A stretch of 64,000 bases of DNA from a bacterium (GTDB lineage Bacteria; UBA8248; JACPRG01; G963555815): NCBI GenBank assembly GCA_965261595.1, contig CBDHDG010000006.1, forward strand, positions 416,001 to 480,000. Reading direction: 5' to 3'. The position numbers and the translations under genes are program-made. Position 1 is the stretch's first letter. Each line of letters begins with the position of its first letter. The notes beneath the pieces were generated by a model. It searched no databases, had not been told where the DNA came from, and saw nothing but the letters and a program-made list of their open reading frames with translations. This document shows, in pieces, positions 40,065-50,234 of the stretch.

Positions 40065-40209
40065 ATGAAGCGCCTTGCGGCTGCGATCCTGGTCTGTTTG
40101 GCCCTTTCCCCGGTCAGCGTTTTCGCGAAACCGTTTCTCATCCGGGCCGCCGGGGTCCAGCTCGAATTGCCCGAGTACTGGGGGGTCAGGGAGCGGGAAG
40201 GCATCCTCA
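40065..40209 (+). pseudogene. 5' part of a secreted protein gene split by nested IS elements
   Basis: RBS GGAG, signal peptide MKRLAAAILVCLALSPVSVFA; continues in frame at 43429 once the insertion is removed. Confidence 0.8.
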
Positions 40210-40244
40210 CCCGCATTTCCCATATGGATGATAATTTTTGGGGA

Positions 40245-41099
40245 TTATAAAGGTTTTGACACCAATTGAGTGAGATGTTGGACCACCAGGGGAAAGAGAT
40301 CCTGGTGTCGGTGATTGTAACGGAATTCCATCTCCTTCAGGTAGAGGGGGAACCGCTCTTTGGACACCCCATGATGTTTGATGAGCCTCTCCTTGGCGTA
40401 GGCCCAAAAGCCTTCCAGGCCGTTGATGTGCACTTTGCCCCGACTGAAGCGCCGATCATGATCCACCCGCAAGTGGCGATAGCCGCAGAACATCAGGGCG
40501 TCATAGACCCGGTAGCGGTCGGTGTAGACCACGCTGCCCCGACGGACCAACTTCACGGTGGAGGCCAAAAGGGTCTGGGCCTTGACGTTGCCGACCGCCT
40601 CCACCTTCACCCGGCCGCCCCGCTCCAATATGCCGAAAACAGGGACTTTACCCGCTGCGCCTCGGCCTCTCTTGCCCTTGCGCTTGCCCCCGAAGTAGGC
40701 CTCGTCCGCCTCCACCTCCCCTCGAAGAAGCTCCTGTCCCCCCGGCGTGCCGGCCACAAGACTGCGCCTGAGCGTCGTCACGGCCCGCAGCGCTGTCGGA
40801 TAGCTCACGGCGAGTTGCTGGGCCATCTTGCGGGCCGAGACCTCCAGCTCAAAGAGCTTCACCACCCAAAGCCACTGCCGGGCCGAGAGGCGAAGTTGGC
40901 CCAGCCAGCGGCCCGTGAACGGCCCGAAGGTGTACCGACACCCAGCGCAGCGAAAGCGCCCCCGCGTGCCCAAAACGTAGCGTTTTCGACCCTCACAACG
41001 AGGGCAGATTTTACGCCCGTTTTTCTGACACGCCATGAGCAGATGGCGTCTCGCTGTAGCTTCCGATTTTACAAGGACTTCAAAGCTCTTCAAGTCCAC
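40245..41099 (-). CDS. IS1595-family transposase
   Basis: CPRC...C..C zinc ribbon, VEADEAYFGG, RGRGA.GK..VFG, YTD, HINGLEGFW, YLKE..FRYN. Confidence 0.93.
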   Translation of the reverse strand: MDLKSFEVLVKSEATARRHLLMACQKNGRKICPRCEGRKRYVLGTRGRFRCAGCRYTFGPFTGRWLGQLRLSARQWLWVVKLFELEVSARKMAQQLAVSYPTALRAVTTLRRSLVAGTPGGQELLRGEVEADEAYFGGKRKGKRGRGAAGKVPVFGILERGGRVKVEAVGNVKAQTLLASTVKLVRRGSVVYTDRYRVYDALMFCGYRHLRVDHDRRFSRGKVHINGLEGFWAYAKERLIKHHGVSKERFPLYLKEMEFRYNHRHQDLFPLVVQHLTQLVSKPL

Positions 41100-41223
41100 G
41101 ACACCAGCCTAATCCGGTGTCATATCTTTTACAATCGCCTAATTTTTAACGCCCCGAAGGCCGTTTTCTCGTGTAAAATCAAGGTGTTGGCCTCTCCCTG
41201 CCATCATCTTGCGAGGGGACCCA

Positions 41224-42574
41224 ATGGGTGAAGCGAAAAAGAGGCCGTTGAGGCTCCAATTCGACGGTCGGCTCAGGCTGGAGTTTCACGGAGCAAAGGT
41301 TACGAGTGACGCCGGTTTGCTTGCCTATCGTGAACTGGATGAGGTGTTGGGGCTGACGAAGGCGGCCGAGGGGTTTCTGTCCGATTCACGGACGGGCGGG
41401 AACACCCGGCACAGCCTCACCGCTTTGGTGCGCCAGTCGGTCTACAGCCGCCTGGCAGGATATAAAGACACCAATGATGCCGAGCGGCTCTGTGTCGATC
41501 CCGCCATGCGTCAGGTGGTTGGGGGGCGAGCGAAGTATCACACCGCTGCCTCCACCAGCCAGATGAGCCGATTCGAGACGCAGACCCTCACCCGGCCCCT
41601 TAACCCCTCAAGGCGCTGAGCGGTCTGCCCGGTGTGTTGGTGGATCGTGTCCGCAAACGCAAGCCGATTCGCAAGCTGATCCTGGACATGGACAGTTCGG
41701 TCAGCCCGACCCACGGTGAGCAGGAAGGCTCTTCCTACAACGGCCACTTCGGCTGCACCTGCTATCACCCACTGTTTTGCTTCAACCAGTTTGGCGATCT
41801 GGAGCGGGCGCTGTTGCGCAACGGCAAGGTCCACAGCGCTGATGACTGGCGGTCTGTATTGGAGCCGGTGGTAGCTCGCTACCGGGATGCGAAGGTCTGT
41901 CGGTTTTTTCGAGGCGACGCGGCATTTGCCAAGCCGGAGGTGTACCGATACCTTGAGGCGGAGGGCTACTCCTATGCGATTCGGCTTCCGGCCAACGCCA
42001 TCTTGTACAGGGACATCGAATACCTTCTGACCCGGCCGGTTGGCCGACCGCCCAAAAGGCCCATTATCTTCTACCACAGCGTCTCCCCTATCAGGCGGCT
42101 AGTTGGGAGAAGCCTCGCCGGGTGGTGGTGGCGGTCGAGTGGCACCAGGGCGAGTTGTTTCCAAGAGTCAGCTTCATCGTGACCAACCTGCACTGGCGGG
42201 AAGAGAACGTCGTGAGGTTCTACAACCAGCGTGGGACGGCGGAGCAGTGGATCAAGGAGGGCAAGTACGCCCTGAACTGGACGCGCCTGTCCTGCCACGG
42301 CTTTGAAGAGAACCAGGTTCGCTTGCAACTATTTGCCTTGGCGTACAACCTGGCAAACTTCCTGCGGCGGCTGGCGTTGCCCAGAGCGGTGAAGCACTGG
42401 TCGCTGACGACGTTACGCGAGAAGCTGATTAAGATTGGGGCCAAGGTGGTCACCCACGCCCGGTACACCACCTTCCAGATGGCCGAGGTGGCCGTGCCGC
42501 GTCAACTGTTCAGGGCAATCCTTGAACGAATTCGACGGTTGTGGTTACCGCCTCCCGTACCAGATACCGGATGA
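41224..42574 (+). pseudogene. IS1380-family transposase with two frameshifts (~41600, ~42080)
   Basis: TSDAGLL, LDMDSS, YNGHF...CYHPL, FRGDA.F, FY.QRG.AEQWIKEGK, N.VRLQL..LAYNL over three frames; right IR CATCTGGGAAATCCCGG ends at 42814. Confidence 0.9.
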
Positions 42575-43051
42575 CGGAGCAGATGGCCCGGAAGCTTAGT
42601 GACGTGGTGGAGACGGGGGATCAGTCTGTGCCGAACTCCCCTGAGTGTGCCGGTAGAGCTGGGTTTTCAAGGGATTGCGGCTTTAGGACGGCCGTTGCCC
42701 CTCGATTGAGCAGAGGGTTCTGCAAAGAGACCCTGAATCTGTAGTAAAATGGGGTACTTTGATGACACAGGAGGACCACAGGATGGCTAAGAGTGGTCAT
42801 CTGGGAAATCCCGGTTTAAATCAAGACAACTCTTGTATTGACCACCCGTTGCTCTTTAACTCAATTAGAGCCCTCTTTACCGGGGCTGTCAACACCATTT
42901 CGGGCGCCTGAAACCCTGATCGGAGCGGTATCCGCCATTGGAAAACCATGTCAGCGCCGGCGTGTAAACGGGCTTGACCACCAGGTTTGGAGTCTTCGTC
43001 ATTTTGCCCTTGTGTGGACTCCGCTTAGGGTCGCTAGACAGGCACCGGGCA

Positions 43052-43317
43052 TCATCGCTTGATTCTCTCCAAGATAAGGGCAAATGTCTTCCTGGATACA
43101 CCGACCTCGGCCAACTGGAAGGTGATGTGGCGGGCGTACCGCACGAGCCGGCCGCCCATTTTGAGGAGCTTAAGCTGAAGGCCGCGTAACGACCAGTGCT
43201 TGATCCCTCTCGGCAGGCCAGCAATCCCGCATCCGAAGTCATTCTGGTTCCGTGAAACTCAAGCCTCAGCCGACGCTCAAAACGGACCTTCAACGCCCAC
43301 TTTTTCGCTTCACCCAT
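43052..43317 (-). pseudogene. Internally deleted IS1380 transposase remnant
   Basis: MGEAKK...TSDAGLLA fused to C-terminal LKLLKMGGRLVRHARHITFQLAEV; catalytic core missing. Confidence 0.85.
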
Positions 43318-43423
43318 TGGATTACCCCGCGAGAGGATGGCTCGGGGAGGCTCATGCATTGATTTTACTCCAGAAAATGTCCTCCGGTCCGACAAAAGTT
43401 ATGATCCATATGGGATATCTGGG

Positions 43424-43766
43424 CCTCATGGCCTCGCCCCGGGACGGGACCTTGCTGCTCGTGTTCTGGGTGGTCGCGGACCGAGACCTGGATGAAGCCT
43501 TGAAGAATCTGGACAAAGACCTCTCGAAGTTCGTCCGTTCCGCAAAGATCGAGGGGGAGCCGGAGCAAACCGAGATCAACGGAATGCGCGGCCTCTCCGT
43601 GGCCGCTTCGGGGGAGACCGAAGGGAAGAAAGTCGACATCGCCACGCTTCTCCTGGAAACGAAGTCGGCGAACATCCTTTTGGTCCTCGGCATCGGCGAA
43701 AAGGGCCAGTTCGAAAAACACCTTCTCGTCGTCCAGCAAATCCTCGGCAGCCTCAAACCCGCGTGA
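43424..43766 (+). pseudogene. 3' part of the IS-split secreted protein gene (PsbP/DcrB-like fold suspected)
   Basis: MASPRDG...TEINGMRG...ILGSLKP; in frame with 40065-40209 after excision. Confidence 0.75.
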
Positions 43767-44027
43767 CCCGATTCCGGCGAGCGCGGATTTCTCGCCCATG
43801 CGAACGTCCGGCCGAGGCAGCCCCCCTCCTTTCCCCGAATTCCATCGATTGAACTGTTGACCCCGTCAGACCGCGGACGGTCTCCGAAACCGCCCACGCC
43901 CCCCCATCGGGATTCCCTGAAAGAGAAATTCAGGATAGGATGGCGCATCCGAGCCATTCGTGCGTCCTGAAATTCACTGCGTTTCCCGGCTGATTTCCAG
44001 GACCGCAGAATCAAAGGAGATTCCGAA

Positions 44028-45398
44028 ATGCCGTTCGACGATCCGCGGGATTTTCTGGAATGCCTCGAAGAACGAAACGACCTCCTCCGCATCTCCGAGG
44101 AGGTGGACCCCAAATATGAAATCGGCGCCTACATCCGGAAGACCTCCGATCAAGAAGGACCGGCTCTCCTGTTCGAGAACGTGAAAGGGCACGACACGTC
44201 GGTCGTCGGGGGAATCTTCGCCTGCCGCCGGCGGCTCCTGATGGCCCTGGAGGTCGATTCGGAAAACGTTTACGAACAGTTCGACCACGGAGTGGGCCAC
44301 CCCATCCCCCCCCGGCTGGTCGAGACGGGTCCCTGCAAAGACGTGATCCTGAAAGGGGACGAGGTGGACCTCACCCGCCTGCCCATCCCCACCTACGCCG
44401 AGGGCGACGGCGGCCCCTTCATCACACACGGCATCCAGATCAGCAAAGACCCCGAGGACGGATCCAAGAACGCCTCGATCTACCGGATGCAGCTCCGCGG
44501 GAAGCGTGAGCTGAGCGTCTATCCTTCCGGTTACCAGGACCTTTTCCGCCAATTCGCCAAGGCGGAGGCCAAGGACGAGCCTCTGGAGATCGCCGTGGCC
44601 ATGGGGTGCGACCCGGTGGTGATGCTCGCCACGCAGGTGACGGCCGCCTACGGGGAAGATGAGCTGGGGATCGCCGGCGGGCTGCGAGGCAGGCCCGTGG
44701 ACGTGGTGAAGTGCGAGACCGTGGACCTGGAAGCGCCCGCGACCTCGGAAATCGTCATCGAGGGCCGGATCCTCCCCCACCGCCGGGAGCACGAGGGCCC
44801 CTTCGGCGAATACTCGGGGTATTACGGCCCGGCGTCGATGCAGCCCGTGGTCGAGGTGACGGCCGTCACCCACCGGCGGAACCCGATCTTCCACGCCGGC
44901 TTGACCGGACGCCCCATGACCGAAAACCACTTCTTGAAGGAGATCCCGAGCGAGGCCGCCCTGCACCGGTATCTGAAACCGAGCTTCCCGGGCCTGAAAA
45001 GCGTCCACGCCACCGGGGCGGGCTGTTGCGCGTTCATCATCTTCATCAGCGTTCAGCAGACCTTTCTGGGCGAAGGCCGAAAGGTTCTGATGGCCGCCAT
45101 CGGGAGCGAGAAGCCCCTCAAATACGTTGTCGTGTGCGACGAGGACATCGACGTCTTCGACCATTCCCAGGTCCTGTGGGCCATCGCCACCCGGGCCCGG
45201 CCGGCGGAGGACGTGATCATCATCCCCAACTACCCCACGGCCAACCTGGACCCCTCGAAACCCGATGGGCAGTTGGGATCGGCGATGGGGATCGACGCCA
45301 CCCGGCCCTTCGGGGAACCGTTCCCGGAGGTCCCCTTCCACCCGGGCCTCGACCGCGTCCCCGATCTTCTCGAGATGATGCGGCAGCGAGGCGGGTGA
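44028..45398 (+). CDS. UbiD-family prFMN-dependent (de)carboxylase 1
   Basis: GPALLFENV, N.SIYRMQ, EIVIEG, EGPFGEYSGYY, DEDID, V.WA..TR, GIDAT. Confidence 0.95.
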   Translation: MPFDDPRDFLECLEERNDLLRISEEVDPKYEIGAYIRKTSDQEGPALLFENVKGHDTSVVGGIFACRRRLLMALEVDSENVYEQFDHGVGHPIPPRLVETGPCKDVILKGDEVDLTRLPIPTYAEGDGGPFITHGIQISKDPEDGSKNASIYRMQLRGKRELSVYPSGYQDLFRQFAKAEAKDEPLEIAVAMGCDPVVMLATQVTAAYGEDELGIAGGLRGRPVDVVKCETVDLEAPATSEIVIEGRILPHRREHEGPFGEYSGYYGPASMQPVVEVTAVTHRRNPIFHAGLTGRPMTENHFLKEIPSEAALHRYLKPSFPGLKSVHATGAGCCAFIIFISVQQTFLGEGRKVLMAAIGSEKPLKYVVVCDEDIDVFDHSQVLWAIATRARPAEDVIIIPNYPTANLDPSKPDGQLGSAMGIDATRPFGEPFPEVPFHPGLDRVPDLLEMMRQRGG

Positions 45399-45862
45399 TC
45401 CATTTCCGATGATGAGGATGTTCCAACGCGGCGCCCGGTCCGGAAAGGGGCGTCAATCTTTGTTGACGACACACTGTCGCGAGACGGCGGATAGGGCTTG
45501 ACACCCTTCCCATTGATGTCAGACGATAGGCCGTCGTCTGCAAACAGGAAAAAATTCAACCTATTCAATCGCGGCGCCGGAGGGGGGTCCGGAAGGGAAC
45601 GGACTTGCGAACCCGGCTGCGTGCTCTTTGCGCCCCCGGGCGCGGCGGCCCGAGTGAATCGATGGGCGGTCCCGGCCGAACCGGGGCGTGCGGTCTGATG
45701 ATCCGCGAATTCAGACTCATCCGTCGATGATGTGGCTCCCGGAAACATCGTGTCCGCACCGAAACCGTGACGATTTTGATCCGGCAGTCCGCGAGGGCGG
45801 CCTGCCATTGATCCCCTGGAGGCCCATCCGGATGATCCGGGTGGGCAAGGGAGGGCAGAAAG

Positions 45863-46855
45863 ATGTCTCGGAATAGCTCCTGGTTCATGAGATTCACCGT
45901 CGCGCTTGCCTTCTTTTTGAGCGGAGTCGGGTTTTCCGGTTTGAGCGCCGCGGAGAAATCCGTGAAGTTCCGGATGGACTGGAAGATGAGCGCGGCGCAC
46001 GGCCCCTTCCTGATCGCCGCCGAGAAAGGGCTTTACAAAGCCGAGGGCCTGTCCGTTCAGGTGATGGGAGGCTCGGGCTCTACGGACTCGCTGAAACTGC
46101 TGGGCGGAGGGTCCATCGAGTTCGGTCTGGTGGACGCGCCGGTTATCGTTCAGGGACGGGTCAAAGGGGTTCCGGTCAAATCCATCGCCGTCTACTGGCA
46201 GCGGACTCCGCAGATGATCGTGTGGAACGCAGGAAAATTCAACGTCAAGACCCCCAATGACCTGAAAGGGCTCAAGGTGGGCGTCAAGCACAAGTCCTCC
46301 ACCTTCCAGGGTTTTCGCGCGTTCACCCGGGCCCAGGGCATCGACATGAAAAAGGATATGAAGCTGATACCCATCGGGTTCGGCGTGGCCCCGCTGCTGG
46401 CCGGGCAGGTGGACGCCCTGGTGGGCTTCACAACGAGCGAGCCGCTGAGGGCCGCGGACAAAGGGCTCAAGGTGAAGGAATTTCTCTTCGCGAACTATGG
46501 AGTCAAGATGTACGGCTTGACGATCGCCACGCGCGAAGACCTGATAAAATCGGACGGCGCGACGGTCAGGAGCTTCCTGAAGGCCTCTCTGCGTGGAATC
46601 AAATACGCCGCGGACCATCCGGATGAGGTGGCGCCGGCGGTGAAGAAAATAGTCACCCAGGCCAAACTCGGCCAGCAAAGCCGCATATGGCAAAAGGTGG
46701 TGAAAGCCGTCCTCTTCGCCGACGGACCCGGCAAGCGCGTGGGCGTTCAGAACAGCAACGGCTGGGGGAAGACGCAAAACATCCTATTCGACCTGAAGCT
46801 GATCGAGAAAAAGGTTCCGGTCGGATCCATCTACACCAACGCGTTTCTACCCTGA
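45863..46855 (+). CDS. NMT1/THI5-like ABC substrate-binding protein
   Basis: Signal peptide, MDW, A.EKGLYKAEGL, G.GS, YG, FLKAS.RG, YTNAFL. Confidence 0.9.
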   Translation: MSRNSSWFMRFTVALAFFLSGVGFSGLSAAEKSVKFRMDWKMSAAHGPFLIAAEKGLYKAEGLSVQVMGGSGSTDSLKLLGGGSIEFGLVDAPVIVQGRVKGVPVKSIAVYWQRTPQMIVWNAGKFNVKTPNDLKGLKVGVKHKSSTFQGFRAFTRAQGIDMKKDMKLIPIGFGVAPLLAGQVDALVGFTTSEPLRAADKGLKVKEFLFANYGVKMYGLTIATREDLIKSDGATVRSFLKASLRGIKYAADHPDEVAPAVKKIVTQAKLGQQSRIWQKVVKAVLFADGPGKRVGVQNSNGWGKTQNILFDLKLIEKKVPVGSIYTNAFLP

Positions 46856-47034
46856 GTGTGGTGTTTGATCCATTCGTGTAAGAACACCGGCGATGATCAA
46901 GGCGGATGTTTCCCTGGACCTTGATCGGGGGGGGTGCGAAGCCCCGCGTGGGAGGTCAGGGGGGGTGGGTGGGGCGGGCAAGATGCCCGCCCTACCGATG
47001 GACGGTGGATCCCACTGACAGGCAGACCGGGCGC

Positions 47035-47101
47035 GGGTCGGTGGACCCTCGGGGTCGGTGGACCCCTTGGGGTCGGTGGACCCCTTGGATCGGTGGACTC
47101 T
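47035..47101. repeat. Tandem 17-18 bp palindromic repeat (GGGTCGGTGGACCC) x~4
   Basis: Directly visible; each unit folds GGGTC-ggtg-GACCC; no unique spacers. Confidence 0.85.
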
Positions 47102-47201
47102 CCAGCCTGGCCGAAATGCGTGAATAACCCCGCCCGAATTCGATCAACGGATTTCTAAAACAGGACCTCTGGAGATTCACCGGGGAAATGAACCGGAGGG
47201 G

Positions 47202-47990
47202 ATGAACCGGCGCTTGATGACGACACCTTGCATCGAACTTCATGAGATCCATAAGACCTACCTGACGGCCAAGGGCCCGGTTCACGCCCTTCAGGACATC
47301 ACGCTGAGCGTGGCGGAGGGAGAGTTCGTCTCCATCGTGGGGCAGACCGGGTGCGGAAAATCCACCCTCCTGAAAATCATCAGCGGGATCCTCAAGCCCT
47401 CGAAAGGAGAAATCTCGATTCGGGGAAAATCCGTCCGGGAGGCGCAGGTCGAACACGAGTTCGGCTTCATCTTTCAGGACCCGGTCCTCCTGCCCTGGCG
47501 GGACGTGCTCAAGAACATCCGCCTGCCTCTCGAGGTGATCGGCTATCCCCAAAAAGATTTGGAGCGTCACTGCCTGGAGATGCTCGATTTCGTCGGGCTT
47601 CGGGACTTCGCCGCCGCGAAGCCCTGGGAGCTTTCGGGTGGAATGCGGCAGCGCGTGGCCATCGTCCGGGCGCTGGGCTTTGACCCATCCACCCTTCTGA
47701 TGGACGAGCCCTTCAGCGCCCTGGACGAAATTACCCGCCAGAACCTTCACGGGGACTTCCTCCGGCTCTGGGAAAAAGGGCGGAAAACCGTTGTTTTCGT
47801 CACCCACAGTGTGGCGGAGGCCGTGTTTCTGTCCGACCGGGTGATGGTGATGTCCCCCCGGCCGGGCCGCATCCGGAAAGAGGTCGACGTTCATCTTCCC
47901 CGCCCACGCACGCCGGAGATGACCGAAAGCCGTCCTTATTTCGACCTGTTGGCGGAAGTCCGCGGCCACTTGGTGGGCGAGTTGACATGA
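47202..47990 (+). CDS. ABC transporter ATP-binding protein (TauB/SsuB-like)
   Basis: GQTGCGKS, FQ....LPW, LSGGMRQR, LMDEPF.ALD, FVTH. Confidence 0.95.
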   Translation: MNRRLMTTPCIELHEIHKTYLTAKGPVHALQDITLSVAEGEFVSIVGQTGCGKSTLLKIISGILKPSKGEISIRGKSVREAQVEHEFGFIFQDPVLLPWRDVLKNIRLPLEVIGYPQKDLERHCLEMLDFVGLRDFAAAKPWELSGGMRQRVAIVRALGFDPSTLLMDEPFSALDEITRQNLHGDFLRLWEKGRKTVVFVTHSVAEAVFLSDRVMVMSPRPGRIRKEVDVHLPRPRTPEMTESRPYFDLLAEVRGHLVGELT

Positions 47991-48769
47991 TGGAGGAGCG
48001 CGAAACTTTCAAACCCCCGCTGTCTCAGCGGATTCGCGAGGTCTACGCGCCTCCGTTCATCTTCCTGGTTGTCATCCTGGGGGGTTGGGAGCTCGCCGTG
48101 AGCGTGTTTCAGGTCCCCCGGTGGCTCTTGCCCAGCCCTTCGGGCATATTCCGCCAGTTCTTCAAATCACCCGACCTCTGGCTCCACACCCGGTTGACGC
48201 TGACCGAGGCCTTCCTGGGATTCGCGGGCTCCGCCGTCTCGGGAATCCTGATCGCCATTCTGATCGCCCACTCCCGGTTTTTGGAAAAAGGCATTTTCCC
48301 TTTTCTGGTCGTCGCCAACTCGATACCCATCGTGGCCATCGCGCCCCTGTTGACCATCTGGTTCGGATTCGGGCTTGCGCCGAAAATCATGATCGCCATG
48401 ATCATCACGTTCTTCCCCATCGTAACGAACACCACCCGGGGCCTTAAGGCCGCCGACTATCGGATCATCGAGATGATGCAATCCATCAACGCAACCCCGT
48501 GGCAAATCATCCGGAAAATCGAGCTTCCCACGGCGCTCCCCTATATCTTTTCCGCCTTCAAGATCAGTCTTTCCCTGAGCCTCATCGGGGCGGTGGTCGC
48601 GGAGTTTTACGGGGCGGACCATGGCCTCGGGTACCTGATTATCTATTCGGCGACGCAGCTGGAAACCGAGCTCCTGTTCCTGGCCATCTTGATCCTCGCC
48701 GGAACCGGTGTGAGCGTCTTTCTCGTCTTCTCGTGGATCGAGTCCCGCTTCGCTTCCTGGAAGGGATAG
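47987..48769 (+). CDS. ABC transporter permease (TauC/SsuC-like)
   Basis: LP.P, P.VAIAPL...WFG, P.ALP.IF, GAVVAE, GLG; ATGA overlap with the ATPase. Confidence 0.95.
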   Translation: MMEERETFKPPLSQRIREVYAPPFIFLVVILGGWELAVSVFQVPRWLLPSPSGIFRQFFKSPDLWLHTRLTLTEAFLGFAGSAVSGILIAILIAHSRFLEKGIFPFLVVANSIPIVAIAPLLTIWFGFGLAPKIMIAMIITFFPIVTNTTRGLKAADYRIIEMMQSINATPWQIIRKIELPTALPYIFSAFKISLSLSLIGAVVAEFYGADHGLGYLIIYSATQLETELLFLAILILAGTGVSVFLVFSWIESRFASWKG

Positions 48770-48797
48770 CGGAAACCGGGATCGAAGGAGAACGTTT

Positions 48798-50165
48798 ATG
48801 GGCAACGATTTGCGCACCTATTGGAAGGACCTGGAGGAGGAACGGCCCGAAGATGTCCTCCGGGTGTCGGACCCCGTTCGACCGGACTTCCTCCCCACCG
48901 CCGTCGCCACCCTGGTCGAAGAACTCCCGGCGTCCCCGGCGGTGTTCTTCGAAAACGTCGAGGGGTTCGATCATCCGGTCATCTTCAACCTGTTCGGCAC
49001 CCGGGAGCGTATGGCCCGGGCGGCCGGGGCCACGGCCGGGACCTTCGCCGAAAGATGGCTGAACGCCGAGGCCGCGCCCATCGCGCCGGTTCCGGTCGCC
49101 TCCGGACCCGTCCAGGAGGTTATCCACGTGGGGAAGGAGGTGGACGTCACCCAGCTCCCCATCCTCCATCATTTCCCGCAGGACGCCGGCAGATACCTGT
49201 GCCTGGGGATGTTCCTGTGCCGGGACCCCGACACCGGGATCGGCAACCTCTCCTATCACCGCATGGAGATGAAAGGCCCCGACCGTTTCGCCTTGAGCCT
49301 TCACTCGCGCGGCCATCCCTGGGACTTCTTCCGGCGGCAGGAGGAACGGGGGAAGTCTCTTGAAGTCGCCGTCGTCATCGGCGCCCACCCGGCCCTTCAC
49401 GTCGCGGCCGGGGCCGAGTTCGGTATGGACGTGGACGAGCTGGCGGTGGGGGGCGCGCTCCTGGGGTCTCCGGTGGAAATGGTCCCCTGCAAGACCCTCG
49501 ACCTCCAGGTCCCCGCGAATGCGGAAATCGTCGTGGAGGGGGAGATCCTCCCTGACGTCCGGGAGGCGGAGGGGCCGTTCAACGAATACACCGGGTACAC
49601 CACGTCGCGATCCACGGAGAACGTTTTCCAGGTCAAGGCCGTGACCCGCCGGCGGGACGCCTGGTACCTCGATGTGATTCCGGGCTACTCCTCCGAGCAC
49701 CTTCTGTTGAGCCGGGTGGCCAAAGAGGCCCGTGTCCTCCATCGCCTCAAGGAGATCATGCCGGCGGTCAAGGCGCTGAACTGTCCCAAATCCGGAACCC
49801 TCTTTCACGCCTACCTCTCGATGAAGAAAACCGCCGAGGGAATGCCCCGCCACGCCCTGATGCTTCTGATGGGGCTGGACCACTACATCAAGCTCGCCGT
49901 CGTGGTGGACGAGGACGTGGACGTCTTCAACGAAGAGGAGGTCCTCTGGGCCATGGCGACCCGGATGCGGGCGGACCGGGACGTGTTCATCATTCCCAAT
50001 GACTTCCAGAACCGTCTCGACCCAACCGCCGCGGACGGGACCACGGCGAAGATGGGCATAGACGCCACCGCCCCGCTGGACTGGGACGTCGAGCGGGTCC
50101 TCATGCCGGGAGACATCCTGGCCGAAGCGAAGAAAGTCATCGACAAAGCCCTCGGAAACGGCTGA
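48798..50165 (+). CDS. UbiD-family prFMN-dependent (de)carboxylase 2
   Basis: GNLSYHR, EIVVEG, EGPFNEYTGY, VDEDVD, WA..TR, LDP, KMGIDAT. Confidence 0.95.
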   Translation: MGNDLRTYWKDLEEERPEDVLRVSDPVRPDFLPTAVATLVEELPASPAVFFENVEGFDHPVIFNLFGTRERMARAAGATAGTFAERWLNAEAAPIAPVPVASGPVQEVIHVGKEVDVTQLPILHHFPQDAGRYLCLGMFLCRDPDTGIGNLSYHRMEMKGPDRFALSLHSRGHPWDFFRRQEERGKSLEVAVVIGAHPALHVAAGAEFGMDVDELAVGGALLGSPVEMVPCKTLDLQVPANAEIVVEGEILPDVREAEGPFNEYTGYTTSRSTENVFQVKAVTRRRDAWYLDVIPGYSSEHLLLSRVAKEARVLHRLKEIMPAVKALNCPKSGTLFHAYLSMKKTAEGMPRHALMLLMGLDHYIKLAVVVDEDVDVFNEEEVLWAMATRMRADRDVFIIPNDFQNRLDPTAADGTTAKMGIDATAPLDWDVERVLMPGDILAEAKKVIDKALGNG

Positions 50166-50234
50166 GGCCCACGGCGCGCCCGGAGGCTTAAGACGGAATC
50201 AAGCCGTGACGTTTCCGGAACGGAAGGCAAGCGC

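Larger units (their letters stand above)
40210..43423 (-). mobile_element. Non-autonomous IS1380-family derivative (outer element) carrying nested IS1595 and IS1380
   Basis: Inverted repeats CCCGCATTTCCCATATGGAT / ATCCATATGGGATATCTGGG; 5-bp CCTCA duplication at 40205-40209 and 43424-43428. Confidence 0.85.

Noticed and set aside
44028..45398. Ubiquinone-biosynthesis ubiD
   Set aside because: No ubiA/ubiX context; three paralogues with a transporter point to catabolism.
47035..47101. Possible CRISPR array
   Set aside because: Units are 17-18 bp and adjacent, with no unique spacers and no cas genes.
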